Position numbers and translations under genes: made by a program. Positions 11,896 through 24,852 of a DNA stretch of 64,000 nt are shown here, piece after piece; the stretch's first letter is position 1; every line of letters starts with the position of its first letter. Source of the stretch: Callorhinchus milii (lineage: Eukaryota); contig NW_024704742.1 of NCBI RefSeq assembly GCF_018977255.1, positions 15,750,001 to 15,814,000 of the forward strand. The letters are read 5' to 3'. Below the pieces are notes generated by a model. That model searched no databases and had not been told where the DNA came from. It saw only the letters and a list, made by a program, of their open reading frames with translations.

Positions 11896-12200
11896 CTGCA
11901 CATTTGTAGGGAAGCGTGGCAGGCATGTTTTGTAAAGCAAGGTCTCATAAAGAGTAATGAAGTAAATGATCAATTTATCTGATAAATTATTGGCCAGAAC
12001 AACAGAAAAAGACCCTTCTCTGTTTAAATAGGATCTTTAACTTTTAACTGAAGAGGTGATTTAACGTCTCATCAAATGCATGATACCTCAGCACTCCCAC
12101 AGTACTGTGCTGGACTGTCAGACAGATTATAAGGTCAGGTCCTGACGTGGAGCTTGAACCTTCTGACCCAGAGGCAGGAATGCTGCCAACTGAACAAGCT
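11896..12200 (-). mobile_element. Deu-domain SINE, inverted against the previous copy
   Basis: GGATCTTTAAC...TTTAACGTCTCATC...AGTACTG...GATTAT...AACCTTCTGACCCAGAGGC...CCAACTGA. Confidence 0.7.
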
Positions 12201-12684
12201 ATCGCCTACATCAGATCGATATGCTGACTTTATCTTTGGGGGAATGTGGGTGGTGTTAAAGAAAATACATTTCACAGAGATCTATCTTTTCAGACATTCA
12301 GACATTCTGCTTGAGATTACTCTCCTCCGTCAGAGATAAAGACTTTGGAACGTCTGTGATTTTGCAATTTCTGTTTTGGTTTGGATATTCTTAAGCATAG
12401 TGATGGGTTTCTGCGTGTGTCAGACACCTGACTAACCCAAAAAAATGTTTTTGATGTGGAAGGGAGTGGACTTCACCATTTTTTATTCCATGCTTTCTTA
12501 TCACCTCAATGTACATAAGCTAGAGCACTTGCTGATTCGGAATATCCTTATGTGCTTATATATGAGGATCTTGACTGTTGAAAATCATCCAGTAAAGGGA
12601 CAGGAATCAACTAGGAATTTAAATCCACAACTTTCGGGTTTGACATTGCTTCAAATCTTAGACAACTTGACCACCTACAGCAAT

Positions 12685-14506
12685 GCATATCATATCAAAA
12701 AAAAGGTTAGTCAAAGGTAGGGTGGGCCAATTAAGGACCAGGGCAGGAATCTTACTGTGGAGGCAGAGGGCATGGCTGATGTATTGAATGAGTACTTTGC
12801 ATCTGTCTTCACAAAAGAAGTGGATGCACCAAATGCCGCAGTATTGGAGGAGAGGGTAGAGGAAACGGATAGGATAAGTATAAACAGAGAGGAAGTACTG
12901 AAAAGGTTAACTTGGCTGAAGGTAGATAAGTTGTCCGGTCCGGACGGGATGCAACCAAGGTTACTATGGGAGGCAAGGATACAAATAGCGGAGGCTTTGG
13001 CTACAACTTTTCAATCTTCGTTGGACACAGGGGTGGTGCCAGAGGAATGGAGAGTGGCCAATGTGATTCCCCTGTACAAAAAAGGGACAGAAGAACAAAC
13101 CTGGGAACTACAGGCCAGTCAGCCTAACATCAGTAGTGGGGAAACTCCTGGAAACTATAATCCGGGACAGAATAAATCTTCACTTAGAAGAATATGGGTT
13201 AATTAGGGACAGCCAACACGTATCTGTTGAAGGCAAATCTTGTCTAACAAATCTAATAGAATTTTTCGATGAGGTAACAAAGAGGGTGGATAAGGGTAGT
13301 GCAGTTGATATAGCTTATATGGACTTTCAAAAGGCATTGGACAAAGTGCCACATGAAAGACTTGTAAGAAAGATAGAAGCCCATGGTTTAAAAGGGACAG
13401 TGGCAGCATGGATCCAGAACTGGCTGGGAGACAGAAAGCAGAGAGTTGTGGTGAACAGCTGCTTTTCTGACTGGAGGGATGTGTACAGTGGCGTTCCCCA
13501 GGGATCGGTATTAGGACCACTGCTATTCTTAATATACATAAATGATCTGGACTTGGGTATAGCAAGTACCATTTCCAAATTTGCGGATGACACAAAGTTA
13601 GGTAGAGTAGTAAACAGTGAGAAGGATAGTAGCCAACTACAGGAAGACATAGACAGAATGGTAAAATGGGCAGACACATGGCAGATGAATTTCAATGTGG
13701 AGAAATGCGAGGTAATGCATTTTGGAAGAAAAAATCAGGGGAGACAATATAGGCTGGTAATAAAATCTTAAGGGGGGTAAAAGAACAGAGAGACCTGGGG
13801 TGCAGGAAAATGAATCCTTGAAGGTGGCAGGACAGGTAGATAAAGCTGTAAAAAGGGCATATGTGATACTAGGCTTTATAAATAGGGGCATAGAGTACAA
13901 GAGTCAGGAGGTTATGATTAACCTATATAAAACACTGGTTAGGCCTCAGTTAGAATATTGCACCCAGTTCTGGGCACCACACTATAGGAAGGATATTTAG
14001 GCATTGGAAAGGGTGCAGAGGAGATTTGCGAGGATGGTACCAGGAATGAGGAACCTTGATTATGAGGAAAGGCTCATGAGGCTTGGATTATTCTCATTGG
14101 AGCAGAGAAGGTTATGAGGAGACCCAATAGAGGTCTTCAAAATCATGAGGGGATTTGATAGGTTAGAAAGGGAAAAACTGTTTCCACTGGTTTCCACTGT
14201 TGGTAACTCGAGGTCACAGATTTAAAATGGTATCTAAAAGAAGCAGAGGGGAGGTGAGAAGAATTTTTTTCACGCAGCGAGTTGTTCGAATCTGGAACGC
14301 ATTGCCTGAAGGGGTGGTGCAGGCCGATTCGATAACTACTTTTAAAAACACGGTGGATGGGTATTTGAGGAGGATGGGTTTGCAGGGTTATGGGGAAAGG
14401 GCTGGGGAATGGGATTGACATTACATTGCTCTTTTCAAAGAGCCGGCACAAACTCGATGGGCCGAATGGCCTCTTTTTGTGCTGTATGATTCTACGATTC
14501 TATGAT
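12685..14506 (+). mobile_element. 5'-truncated CR1 LINE with RT domain, frameshifted
   Basis: ORFs 12757..13206, 13136..13771 ([29 protein letters not shown]), 13800..14000 (RPQLEYC..FWAP), 14200..14418 (TRGH..WNALP); tail (ATTCTAYG)n. Confidence 0.97.
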
Positions 14507-14560
14507 GAATGCAATTCAATGCAATTTACATTTAGATAGTGCCTTTCACATCTGGAAGAG

Positions 14561-14913
14561 AATAATAATAATAATCTTTGCATTTGATATAGCACCTTAT
14601 ATCCTCAAGACATCTCAAAGTGCTTCACAGATTATACTGTAAAGTAAATTGACTGTATATTTTGTGGGCGAAACGCGGCAGTCAATTGCACTCAGAGGTG
14701 TCCCACAAATAGTCGTGGATTAAAGTGACCAACGTATTATTTTATTTTGAAGGAATTGTTACCCCCGGAAAGGTGATCTGCCAATCGTCTAATAACCGGG
14801 CTCCTACTTACTACGAGGTAAACAGAAGGGTGTTGCCCAACATTTTGCCCTGCTGAGAATTGAACCCAGGTTTCTCGCTTGCGAGGCGAGTGCTCTAACT
14901 ACTGAGCTACAGG
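14561..14913 (-). mobile_element. tRNA-Ala SINE, older variant with a longer middle segment, inserted into an L2 tail
   Basis: Head CTGTAGCTCAGTAGTTAGAGCACTCGC-CTCGCAA-GCGAG; flanks at about 14520-14560 and from 14914 rejoin as an L2 tail (GCCTTTCACATCTGGAAGAG | CGTCCCAAAGGGC). Confidence 0.85.
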
Positions 14914-15140
14914 GCGTCCCAAAGGGCTTGACAGTGCTGGATGGGCACCCAAGCTGGGGTTGGAAGCCAAGAGGGTGGGAGGGAAAAGATAACTGAAACT
15001 CGGACAAAGAGCTAGGTCTTCAAATGGACCTTGAATGGGAGGAAGGAGGGAGAACATGGAGACATTTCTGGGAAAGATTTCCAGAGAATGGAGGCAGACA
15101 GGCTGAAAGTGGGCATCTAGGGCAGGGGATAGGAAGCAGG
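14914..15140 (-). mobile_element. Old L2 3' fragment (tail end at about 14520-14560)
   Basis: CGTCCCAAAGGGCTTGACAGT...AGGTCTTCAAATGGACCTTGAA...TTCCAGAGAATGGAGGCAGACAGGCTGAAAG. Confidence 0.7.
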
Positions 15141-15202
15141 CATTATCCACTGAGTGAAGCTGGTAGCCAGAGCACAGAAAAAAATTGTATTGATGTCATT
15201 GT

Positions 15203-16310
15203 GTGTCGGCCTGGTTCAGTTGGTAGCAGTCTCGTCTCTGAGTCAGAAGGTGTGTGTTCATGCCCTACATTAGGACTTGGAACTCATGTCATCTGAAATG
15301 ACACTCCAATGTAGTACTGGATGTGTGCTACATTATTGGGGTGCAGTCCTTCAGATGAGACATTAAACCAAGGCCCTGTTTACCTATCCAGGTGGACTTC
15401 AAAACAACAACTTTTCACGCGGGGTAGTGTCCAGAACGCTTGACTTTAACGATCCCATGACACTATTCGAAAAGAGAAGGGAGTTCCTTTCAATTTCCTG
15501 CTCAACAGTCCCCGAAATAAAATTGGTCATTTACTTCATGGCTATTTGTGGGACATTGCTGTGTACAAAATTGGTGGCTTTTCTCTCCCATAAAACAACA
15601 ACAACAAGATTGCATTTATAGAGCGCCTTTCACGTCGGGAGGACGTCCCAAGGCGCTGGACAGTTGGGTCAGGACCCGAGCAGGGGAGAAATGGTCAGGG
15701 TGAGGGGAGGGAAGGGAGGGACTGAGGAGGGGTGAAATGGTCAGGGTGAGGGGAGGGAAGGGAGGGGGCGAGGAGGGGGTAGAGAGTTGAGAGGGGAGCT
15801 GAAGGCACGGTCAAAGAGAAAGGTCTTGAGACTGGCCTTGAAGGAGGAAAGGGAGGAAGCAAGGCGGAGGCACTGGGGGATGGAGTTCCAGAGCCTAGGA
15901 GCTGAGAGGCTGAAGGCCCGACCACCGATGGTAGGGCGGTTGGGGCAGGGGATGTGGAGCAGACTGGAGCCAGAGGAACGGAGGGTACAGACAGGTAGGT
16001 AGGGGGATAGTAGGTCGGAGAGGTAGGAGGGAGCAAGGCCGTGAATGGCCTTGTAGGTGAGGATGAGGATCTTAAATTCGATCCTCTGGGGGATGGGGAG
16101 CCAGTGGAGGCGAGCGAGGGTGGGAGTGATGTGGTCGCGAAGCCTGGTGCGGGACAGTACATGAGCTGCAGAGTTCTGAATGACCTGCAGCTTGTGGAAG
16201 GAGGTGCCGGGAGGGAGGTAACATAAAGTTACGGTATATCCAGAGTAATATGTCCTCCCAATGTGAAAGACACAATTATTAAATGCAAGGATTTATTAAA
16301 TATTATTATT
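15203..16310 (+). mobile_element. Deu-domain SINE split by a young L2 (SINE parts 15203-15594 and about 16222-16310)
   Basis: Head GGCCTGGTTCAGTTGGTAGC...CTGAGTCAGAAGG; Deu core CAGATGAGACATTAAACCAAGGCCC...GATCCCATGACACTATTCGAA; tail resumes after the L2; CATAAA on both sides (15589-15594, 16222-16227). Confidence 0.8.
15595..16221 (-). mobile_element. Young 5'-truncated L2
   Basis: Near-identical to part of 57566-58425; encodes LHKLQVIQNSAA...LHWLP; (TTG)n tail; about 50-bp tandem duplication in the purine-rich 3' UTR at about 15689-15780. Confidence 0.95.
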
Positions 16311-16429
16311 GTTAGACTGTGAGACAAATCAGCTGGTTCATAGTCTAATGGAATACAAGAATCATTTTTTGGTAAGCGATAATTATTCTGTATTGGAATT
16401 TGCACGTACAAGGGAGAGAATTACAGGTT

Positions 16430-16715
16430 ACAACAGCAACAAATTGCATTTATATAGCGCTTTTCAGGTTGGGAGGATATTCCAAGGCACTGGACAGTCA
16501 AGGGTTTGCACTCGAGCTGTGGGCTGGAGTCAAGAAGGCAAAGGGGTAATGGAAGATGAACAAAGGCGTGGTCGAAGAGGAAGGTCTTGAGATGGGCCTT
16601 GAGGGAGGCAGGGGAGGGGGCTAGGTGGAGTGGCTCTGGGTTGGAGTTCCAGAGGGTGCTGTGAAGAAAGGCTAAAGGTCTGACCACCGATGGTGGAGCG
16701 GGCAGTGAAGGTTGC
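16430..16715 (-). mobile_element. Older L2 3' fragment
   Basis: ORF 16421..16936 contains TLWNS..LKAHLKTFLFDHAF; L2 tail present. Confidence 0.8.
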
Positions 16716-17849
16716 AGCTTTGTCTGGGAGAGTTCCACAAACAAACACAGGTGATATGTTCTGTCCAGTTGACACTGAATTGTCAAAGTACAGCTGCAGC
16801 AGTTCATGTGTTCCTGCCAAGAATATGGGGCCCGATACCAGCGACTCTTGTGGTTCTGCTCTTCACTTAATCTTTTAAAGAACTGACAGCTTGGCCATAC
16901 ATTTTTGAATTTGCGGAGTGTGAACTCTGGCGTCATGTCATGAATCCCACAGCTCCATGTAGCTTTTCCTACACATAGTCTTGGAGCAAAAGGAGGATTT
17001 TTTCCACATGACTGGAACTAAAAGCAATGCTCTGCTGCTATAGGCTTCATGCCAATAATGACAACTGGGGTCAAAATCACCCAAGACTACACGTAACCTT
17101 ACAACATTCAATCCAGTTTGTAATCAACTTCTGTTACTGATCCCTGGTTGTCTCTGCAAAGTGATTTCACGAGCATTCAACTAGTGGTACCACAGAAATA
17201 TTAGATTGGTGTACTGGGGCAATAAACAAGGGCTTGCACCATTTTACATATTTTCTATATCATACACATAATCCACTTGCAGTTGCTTAGAGATTTAAAT
17301 GTGCCAATTCTATTCATCCCGACTCCTTAACATTTACTTTTACGCATCTAAAAAGTTATCCAGGTGGACTCACCAAAGTTATACCTACATAAAATATTCA
17401 CTGAACATTTTCCTTTGCAAACAATAAATGAACTGTTACATTTCCTATGCGCATTATTGAAATTTCACTGTCACTACAAAAGTGTGTAAGTACAGGGAAT
17501 CAAAATAATTATTCCTTTTAGCTAAATTATATTTAAATGTCATTTCAGAATTTTAGAACATTTATGACACATTTTTAAGTGATCTACAACCTAGTTGTGT
17601 TGCCAAGGTGACGGGCTGCATATGTGATCCAGATGTTCAATCCCTTGCTCTTTGTTCAAAACTGTATAAATCTGAAAAATTCACAACTTTTTTTCTCTTC
17701 ATTGACTGAAGTGCAATGAAAGCCACATGATTTCCTAAATTATTCTTCCAGAGGTTGCATGGTATGTGTCTACAAATAACAGGGTCATCTCTCTTTAATA
17801 CAGAAATGATACTGAATTCTTTTGAAACTGCATTTTTCACCCTACAGAA

Positions 17850-18180
17850 TGTAACAACCACAATTTGCACTTATATAGCACACTCCATGCAAGATAGCAT
17901 CTCAGAATGCTTAACAGTGGCAGAGCCTGACTCTGGTGGGGGTAGGGGGAGGTGACAGTCGAAAAGGAGGGTTTTCAGGCAGGACTTGAAAAAGGGTACA
18001 GAAGGGGCAAGGCGGAGGGTTTGAGGGAGACTGAAAGCGTGATCTCCAATGGTGAAGCAGAGGGTACCAAGAACAAGCAGGAGGCCAGTGCCAGTCAAGC
18101 GGAAGCGACGGGTGGTGGACTGGGGAGTGAAGAGATCGGAGAGGTAGGGAGGTACCAGGAAGTGAATGGATTTGAAGACG
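17850..18180 (-). mobile_element. Older L2 3' fragment
   Basis: VFKSIH..PPYLSDL...FKSCLKTLLFD in ORF 17871..18296; degenerate tail. Confidence 0.8.
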
Positions 18181-18484
18181 GAAACAACACAGAAACAAGC
18201 CATTTGGACCATTAAGTGTGTGCTGGTATTTTTCTCCACATGAGCCATCATCCCCTTGTCTATGTTTTCACTGTACACTTTAATATTCTTTTTCAAACAA
18301 CTGTAATTCCTTTTTAAAAAAATGATGGAGTTAATATCAAAGAAATAAGGTTTCCCAAACCAAAGTCAACATTGTGATTGAATTTACACAGATCTGACAG
18401 CAAAGTAATAGAAAGTCAGAGTCAGGTTAATATTTGCGAGAGGCTCCCCCTCATATCCCACTTTTCTCAAGCCTTTTTTAATTT

Positions 18485-18910
18485 GTCAGCCTGCCTCAGT
18501 CTATCACATTCTCACCTCTGAGTTAAGAGGTTGTGGATTCATGACCCATATCAGGACTTTGAACTCAAATAGATTGTTTTATTAGTGAAGGTTTGTGCTG
18601 CAATGTTGGCGGTGCCTTCCTTCAAATGAGATGTTAAACACCTGCCTTTCAGGTGGATGATAATGATGAGAATGGCGCTAAATGGCATTCAAAATGAGAA
18701 GGGAGTTTCTCTCATTGTCCTGGTTAACAATCCTCCACATAAATTGGTCATTCACTTCAAGGCTGTTTGTGGAATATTGCTGTGTGCAAGTTGTCTGCTA
18801 TGTTTACCTACAAAATACACAGTTACTACACTTTACGATCTATCCTGTGTGGCAATTTGAGACACCCTCCTGATATAAAAGGAAGTGTATCAGATGTAAT
18901 GATTATTATT
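18485..18910 (+). mobile_element. Deu-domain SINE
   Basis: Head, Deu core GGCGGTGCCTTCCTTCAAATGAGATGTTAAAC, shared 3' body AAATTGGTCATTCACTTCAAGGCTGTTTGTGG and (ATT)n tail. Confidence 0.75.
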
Positions 18911-19344
18911 TTACTGTGACTGATGTAATCAGCATTACTTTGAGGAGATAAATAAACATGATTTTGCCTAATATTTCCATTCTGTTAAGAAAGTAAACTG
19001 TAGGGTTTGGCTGCTGGTGATGAAAGCATTATCACAAAATGAAAAGAACTTTTGTTTGGCACATCTAACATTTTAAATGTCACATACTGGCTGGAAATAT
19101 GATTTGTTATTCACAAAAAGCAAATGAATCATATAGAGGAAATTTCCTCACTAATACTGCACTATACATTATTGCCAAACCTAAATGCAAAACAAATGAA
19201 TAAGCTCATTTAGAAAAATTGTGCACTTAACTGCATGCCTGTATAATTAAATATTACCTAATTTAAGGTATAAACCCATTATATTAAAATTGGACAGAAT
19301 TATATTTTAGCAAATGGTCAATGTATGAGTGAAGGAAAGATTAT

Positions 19345-19620
19345 AACACTTTCATTTCATATAGAACCTTATGCTTCTAAACATCTCAATGCACTCCACA
19401 GAGCTTTTTTGTGTTGTGTGGTGACTCAGTGTAGGAAATTGCGCCATTTTTCACACAGCAATGTTTCACAAACAGTCAAGAAGTGAATGACCTGGGGGAT
19501 TGTTGACCATGACACTGGGAAAAACTCGCTTTTCATAGAGTACCATGCTATCTTTAACATGTATCTGAACACATAGACAGGATCACTTCTGAAGGACAAC
19601 ATCTCCAACAAGCCAGAATC
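19345..19620 (-). mobile_element. Deu-domain SINE, degenerate
   Basis: ACACAGCAATGTTTCACAAACAGTCAAGAAGTGAATGACC...TACCATGCTATCTTTAACATGTATCTGAAC. Confidence 0.65.
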
Positions 19621-20573
19621 ATGCCACACCTAGTAGAGTCACCACTTTTTTAGGCCTTGCTGCACAAATGCATGAGAACCTTTTATCTAGACTGGAGCTT
19701 AACAATGCTGCTTTACTGGATAATGACTTCACTTAAATAATATCATATAAAGCTGCACCTTTATTGCTGATTATTGCTTCAAACCAAAGTAAGAGTTTTT
19801 CTGAAGTAAATTTTGATCTTCCCTGAGATTAGGTCAGAATCTGTATTAATTGAACTAGATAGAGCAAGGGGATGCAAAGATTCAGATTGTGGCCAATGAC
19901 ATATTACCAATTATTGGAAGTCTTACAAATGAACTTATTTTTGTTTGCAGAACAAGCTCAGTCAATTTCTGGCTTATATTCTCCCTCTTCAATTAAAAAC
20001 GTTTTGTAGCTGACACATATTAACCATCACATTTGCTGGTTTAACAGGTTACTGCACTTCAAAGTAACTCATTTTATTCCTTGTGTGAAGCGCTTTGAGC
20101 TGTTTGATGTGGTAAGCCTCCACATAATTATATTTTGATGGGAGTGTGGGTTTTAAACTTTCAACAATCAGTAAAAAGCATAAAAAATATTTAAAAAAAC
20201 ATGTAAAAAGTCTATCTTTAATTATGTATGCCACATTTCATTTGAGTCAATAGGCTACTCAATAAAATATACGGTATAAAACTTGACGTGAGAAAGCAAA
20301 AAGGACAGATGGTAGCTAACAGCCCATCATATCAGCAAAACACTGGCTAACAGTTGATTTGCAGCCCAGCCTTCATTTGTGTTTGCTGGGAATAATAACC
20401 AGCAAATAGATCCCAGGGAACTTCACACAATAGCTTTTCAGTGCCTCTCTAATGCTGTATAAATAATATAGCCCACTAAACAAACCCCAGGTCATGGTGA
20501 CAGAACCAATAACAAAGAGGCACTGCAAAAGAAAATCATGCCAATTTCTTTTACAGAAATAATGCCTTTCAGC

Positions 20574-20608
20574 TTGAACTTGAACTCTGCTTCAGAGTTC
20601 AAGTTCAA
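20574..20608. repeat. Perfect 16-bp inverted repeat with a 3-nt loop
   Basis: TTGAACTTGAACTCTG-CTT-CAGAGTTCAAGTTCAA. Confidence 0.95.
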
Positions 20609-21029
20609 TAGCACGCTATTTACAGCATGAACTACTCACAGATGAATATTTGCCGTTTAATTTTTGTAGTGATTGCCAATTTAAGGTCAATTTCTACGTA
20701 TTTTGCAATGAAAGTCAATGGGACTAGCCATTGCTGCTTCCATAGAAATATTTTCATGAGAGGTATGTCTTCATAATAGGGAAAGACATCATAAAAGTTT
20801 GCTATTTTTAGAAATCCAAATATGATAGAACTTTAATCTCAATTTTTAAATGTCAAAGGTAGTCTATCATCAAATGCCACAATCCTCATCTAATTCACAA
20901 ATTAAGCCATCAGTGAAAAGCTCATCACAGTCAAAGTGAATAATAAGAATATTCGGAAGGTCACAAGATCACATGATTGGTTCAGGTGAAGACTTTTTGG
21001 CACATTTGCTCTCATTCTTCCAGAATACC

Positions 21030-21635
21030 CACCTCAACATTACAGCATCATTTTTTTTAAAAAATGTGTCTGATGTCTTGACCTCAACCACACTTCCTGG
21101 TAACTTGCTCCACTTATTAATGATCTTTTTTTTGCCTACAAAACACAGTCACAACACTTTACGGTGTATTCTGTGAAGTGATTTGAGACGTCTAGACAAC
21201 CTCATAAGGCGCTATATCAAATGCAAGTATTATTATTATCCTCTGTGTAAAGCAAAAACTTCCTGGTGTCTGTCCTAACCTTGCCCTCAGTAAACCTAAA
21301 TCTGTGTCCTCTTGTTCTGGAGTCTTGCCACATCTGAAAGTATTGTTCTGGGTTCAGTTTTTTAATCCAATTTAAAATCTTGTTTTCCTTTGTAGGTTCC
21401 CTTCTAAGATATCTCCTTTCATTACTGAAAAAACAGAGCTGGTTTAATCGTTGTTCATAGCTGATTACCTAACACTGGGGATCATCCTTATTCCTCTCCT
21501 TTGCAAGCCTCTCGCCTCTCGTGCCTGGGTTGGATTGTGGTGGCCAGAACCCCAGTGTGGCCTAACAGACCACAAACAGCCTGACTATGTGAGTCTGGAT
21601 GTCTAAACTCAACTGATTTAGCAACATAGCCCCAC
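21030..21635 (-). mobile_element. Old CR1 ORF2 3' fragment interrupted by a SINE tail (about 21130-21240, +)
   Basis: CTCAACCACACTTCCTGGTAAC..., TGTGTCCTCTTGTTC (TRGH on the minus strand), CCAGAAC..GTGTGGCCTAAC (RPH..FW). Confidence 0.65.
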
Positions 21636-22875
21636 CATGAGTCCTGTAGCTCAGTGGTTCGAGCATGTAAAGTGCATTGAGTGTGTGTTTTGTGTGAATA
21701 ACAGATGAATTTGGACCTAATTTTTCAGCAATGTGATCACTATCACATTTTGCCTAATTATTTTTTAACGATGGCATGATCAGGACCTAGGTTATAGGTA
21801 TTGATTATTAATGTTATGAAAGAGCCAGTTGTGCAACCAGTACTTTAATAACATTAAAGTTCTATTGAAAGATCTCAGCTGAATGTTGGATTTCCCAAGA
21901 GCTCCCAATGGTCTACAGAGGAACGAGCTCGAGTGATTTCCACCTTTCAGTTTATATTGAGAAAGTGCACATGACATTCTTTTTGCAGCCACCTTCTTCA
22001 AGCAGAATTATTGCCAAAATTGTGTGCTTTACAAATGTACAGTGTAAAAGCATTATTATATCCTCCCATCCCAAGGGGAATTAATGGGAAATTAGTATAA
22101 GATAGACCAATCAGTTTATTACTTCCTGTCTTCCCACCTATCTTTCTCTCTTTAAATTGAGCTATGATTTAATGGGTTTCATATTGTTGATCTGACTGTC
22201 TGTCCTCCCTGAATCAGGCAATTTGTTTCTTGGAGTTCCATGAAATCGTCAAGCTTTTAAAACCCATTTAGTCACGTCTTGCTTTGCTCACTTTTTCTGC
22301 TTCAATGGTGTATTGCACAATGGGACTTGAAACCTAGTTTTTCAACACAAATAATTGCAGAAAAGGCAAGTAAAAGCACTGCAGTGGCATGACTCATATA
22401 AGCAAACAAGAGCATGAGCCTCTGAGTCTGGAAGAATTCTTCACACAAACTTTGAATGGAAACCTAATTTAAGTGCAAAGGAGGATTTGGCAATGTTAAG
22501 GTGTAGGGGATTACTTTCAACATAGATAAAGTAGCAGAATGTAATGTGTTTAAAGAAGCTGTCTATAAATAGATTACTAAAACATTGAATATTCTGACAT
22601 CTGTTCAAAATATTGATGGTTGATGTTATCTTCAAGCTAGTTTCTATAGGGTTTTGTTTCAAATGCTGACTCATAAAGGATTAATGCTGCTTTAAGAGAC
22701 TAAACTTATATTGTGAGTATGGCCTATGCGCTAGCAAATCACATGGGAGTTAGGAGTCAGACAGAGCCAACGTACACTTTCAATACAACCCAGTTGGAAT
22801 AAACAATTGCCTGCAGCACAGAGAGCAGACTGCTCCTGGTCCTTATTACATGGGCCTTCGCTAAGGTTTCTCAAA

Positions 22876-23160
22876 AAATAATAATAATCTTTACATTTGA
22901 TAAAGTGCCTTATCACATTATCAAGATGTCTCAACATTCTGCACAGGACTACTGTAAATTGTAGTGATTGTGTATTTTATAGGCAAAGATGTCAACTGAT
23001 TTGACACAGAAATGCCCCACAAACAGTTCTAAAATGAATGACCAATTTGAATTTGGGGGATTATTGATCAGGACAATAGGAAGAACTCCCTTCTTTTTTT
23101 GAATAGCGCCATGGGATTGTTAATGTCCACTTCAACAGACAGACAGAACCTTGGTTTATC
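22876..23160 (-). mobile_element. Deu-domain SINE 3' two-thirds
   Basis: (TAA)n tail, CCCCACAAACAG, GAATAGCGCCATGGGATTGTTAATGTCCAC. Confidence 0.75.
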
Positions 23161-24149
23161 AGCACTGTTTTGGAGAGTCAGCATAGCTTGTGAGCACTGT
23201 TTTTGATCAGTACAGTTCAAGGAAGATCAGTTTATTTTTATTAGTGGAAGATGAAATGACAGTGAAAGCTGGCTCTGCGGTTAGGAACAACAATTGTTGC
23301 TGCCAAATGAGAATCCACTCAGGATCTTGGATCATTGTGTCACATTTGGGATGGGTGGGTAAGGTTACACCATTGGCCTGTCTTTTGTAGTAGATAAAAT
23401 AGGTAAAAATGCAACGTTTCACAACAGATTCAAAACTACTTTTGGTCTTTGAATTTGCTAAGAAATTTTGTTTTTTTTTCACTCTGATGTTTGTAAGAAA
23501 TTAAGAGGGGAAGCAAACTGGCGGATAAGCAAATTCAGTGCGGTTTGGAGAATTGGTCATAATGATTATCTTTAAGGATGCACAAAGACAGCACAGGTTT
23601 GGCAGCTAAGCTGTATGTGGTAAAAAGCATCTGCTTTCATTTAGCAGATGAAATGACCATGGAGCAGCTTGTAACAGGCTTGTTCATGTCTCAGTTAACG
23701 TCTCAAAGGCCTGGAATCTCTGGTCAGCACATTCACAGTTGCGGAGGTTGTTGCGAGAATACTATTTCTGAACCTTGGAACCTTGTTTCAATAATTTAAA
23801 TCACAGAAAGATGTGGAACGCTTTCAGTGAAAACAATAAAATGATCTGTTTGATGCCAAGAGCATACCTTCAGCATTAACCCTCAGAATACTGCAAGCAC
23901 ATTAATGATGAGAGAACTCTTATCATTTAGCACTGCCCTGAACAGTAATGCAGTAACAGTAAAGCATGCGGAAATATAGTTCTTTACCAAAGAAAGGATA
24001 CAGCTATTTATTATATATAGTACATATTACATATTACATAATATATAACATATTCAAGAGAAATTTGGACAGATTTCTTGAGGAAGCAGGGGTCAGTAGA
24101 TACAAACTGGAAGCTTGATCTGTTATGTGATGTTCACTGTAGTGTAACA

Positions 24150-24325
24150 GAGAATAATAATCCTTGCATTTGATATAATGTCATCTTATTACGTTGTCAA
24201 AATATCCTAAAGTGCTTCACTGGATTTACTGCAGTGCAGTGACTGAGTATTTTGTGGGCGAATGTGCCAGCCAATTTGTGTACTGCAATGTCCCTCAGCC
24301 ATGAAGTGATGACCTATTTTATCAG
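24150..24325 (-). mobile_element. SINE 3' fragment
   Basis: AATAATAATCCTTGCATTTGATAT...TTTGTGGGCGAATGTGCCAGCCAATTTG. Confidence 0.7.
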
Positions 24326-24852
24326 GGTATATTTAGTAATGCGCTCATGTTGATCTGGTTTGGCCATTTCTGGGAGCTTGTTTAACTGCCTTTGGGAGTT
24401 GGGGAAGAATTTTCCAGGTAATTCTCCTTTCTTGTTGAATTGGTAATAAGCTTTTTTCATTTTTCTTTTTTTCATCTCCCCGTGGAGCTACGTCAACATT
24501 CATCTGCTGCTCACGATGAGAGTCTCAATCCCTGGTGCGAGACCAGCATGTAACACCTCTCACAGGTCAAGATGAGATTCAAACCATATCGGAATGGTTT
24601 TTGATTAAAAATACTCTGAACTTTAACCACCTGCATCAATACACAAGCACTACCCACTTACTGACAAAAGACACATGGAAAGGAGCCAGTAAAGAATTCC
24701 GTTTATCTTTCCTTTTAGTGAATTGGATTTTAGCCTAAACTCTGGCCGGGCTACACAAAGTTCACTGTGAATTGAATCAATTTTTAGAGAATGGAATACT
24801 TTCAGTTCTAAATGTGGGCTGCAAGATTCATCCCAACCCCCTTCCAATCTCC

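Noticed and set aside
13136..13771. 211-aa RT ORF as a functional or domesticated gene
   Set aside because: It is part of a 5'-truncated CR1 with frameshifts on both sides
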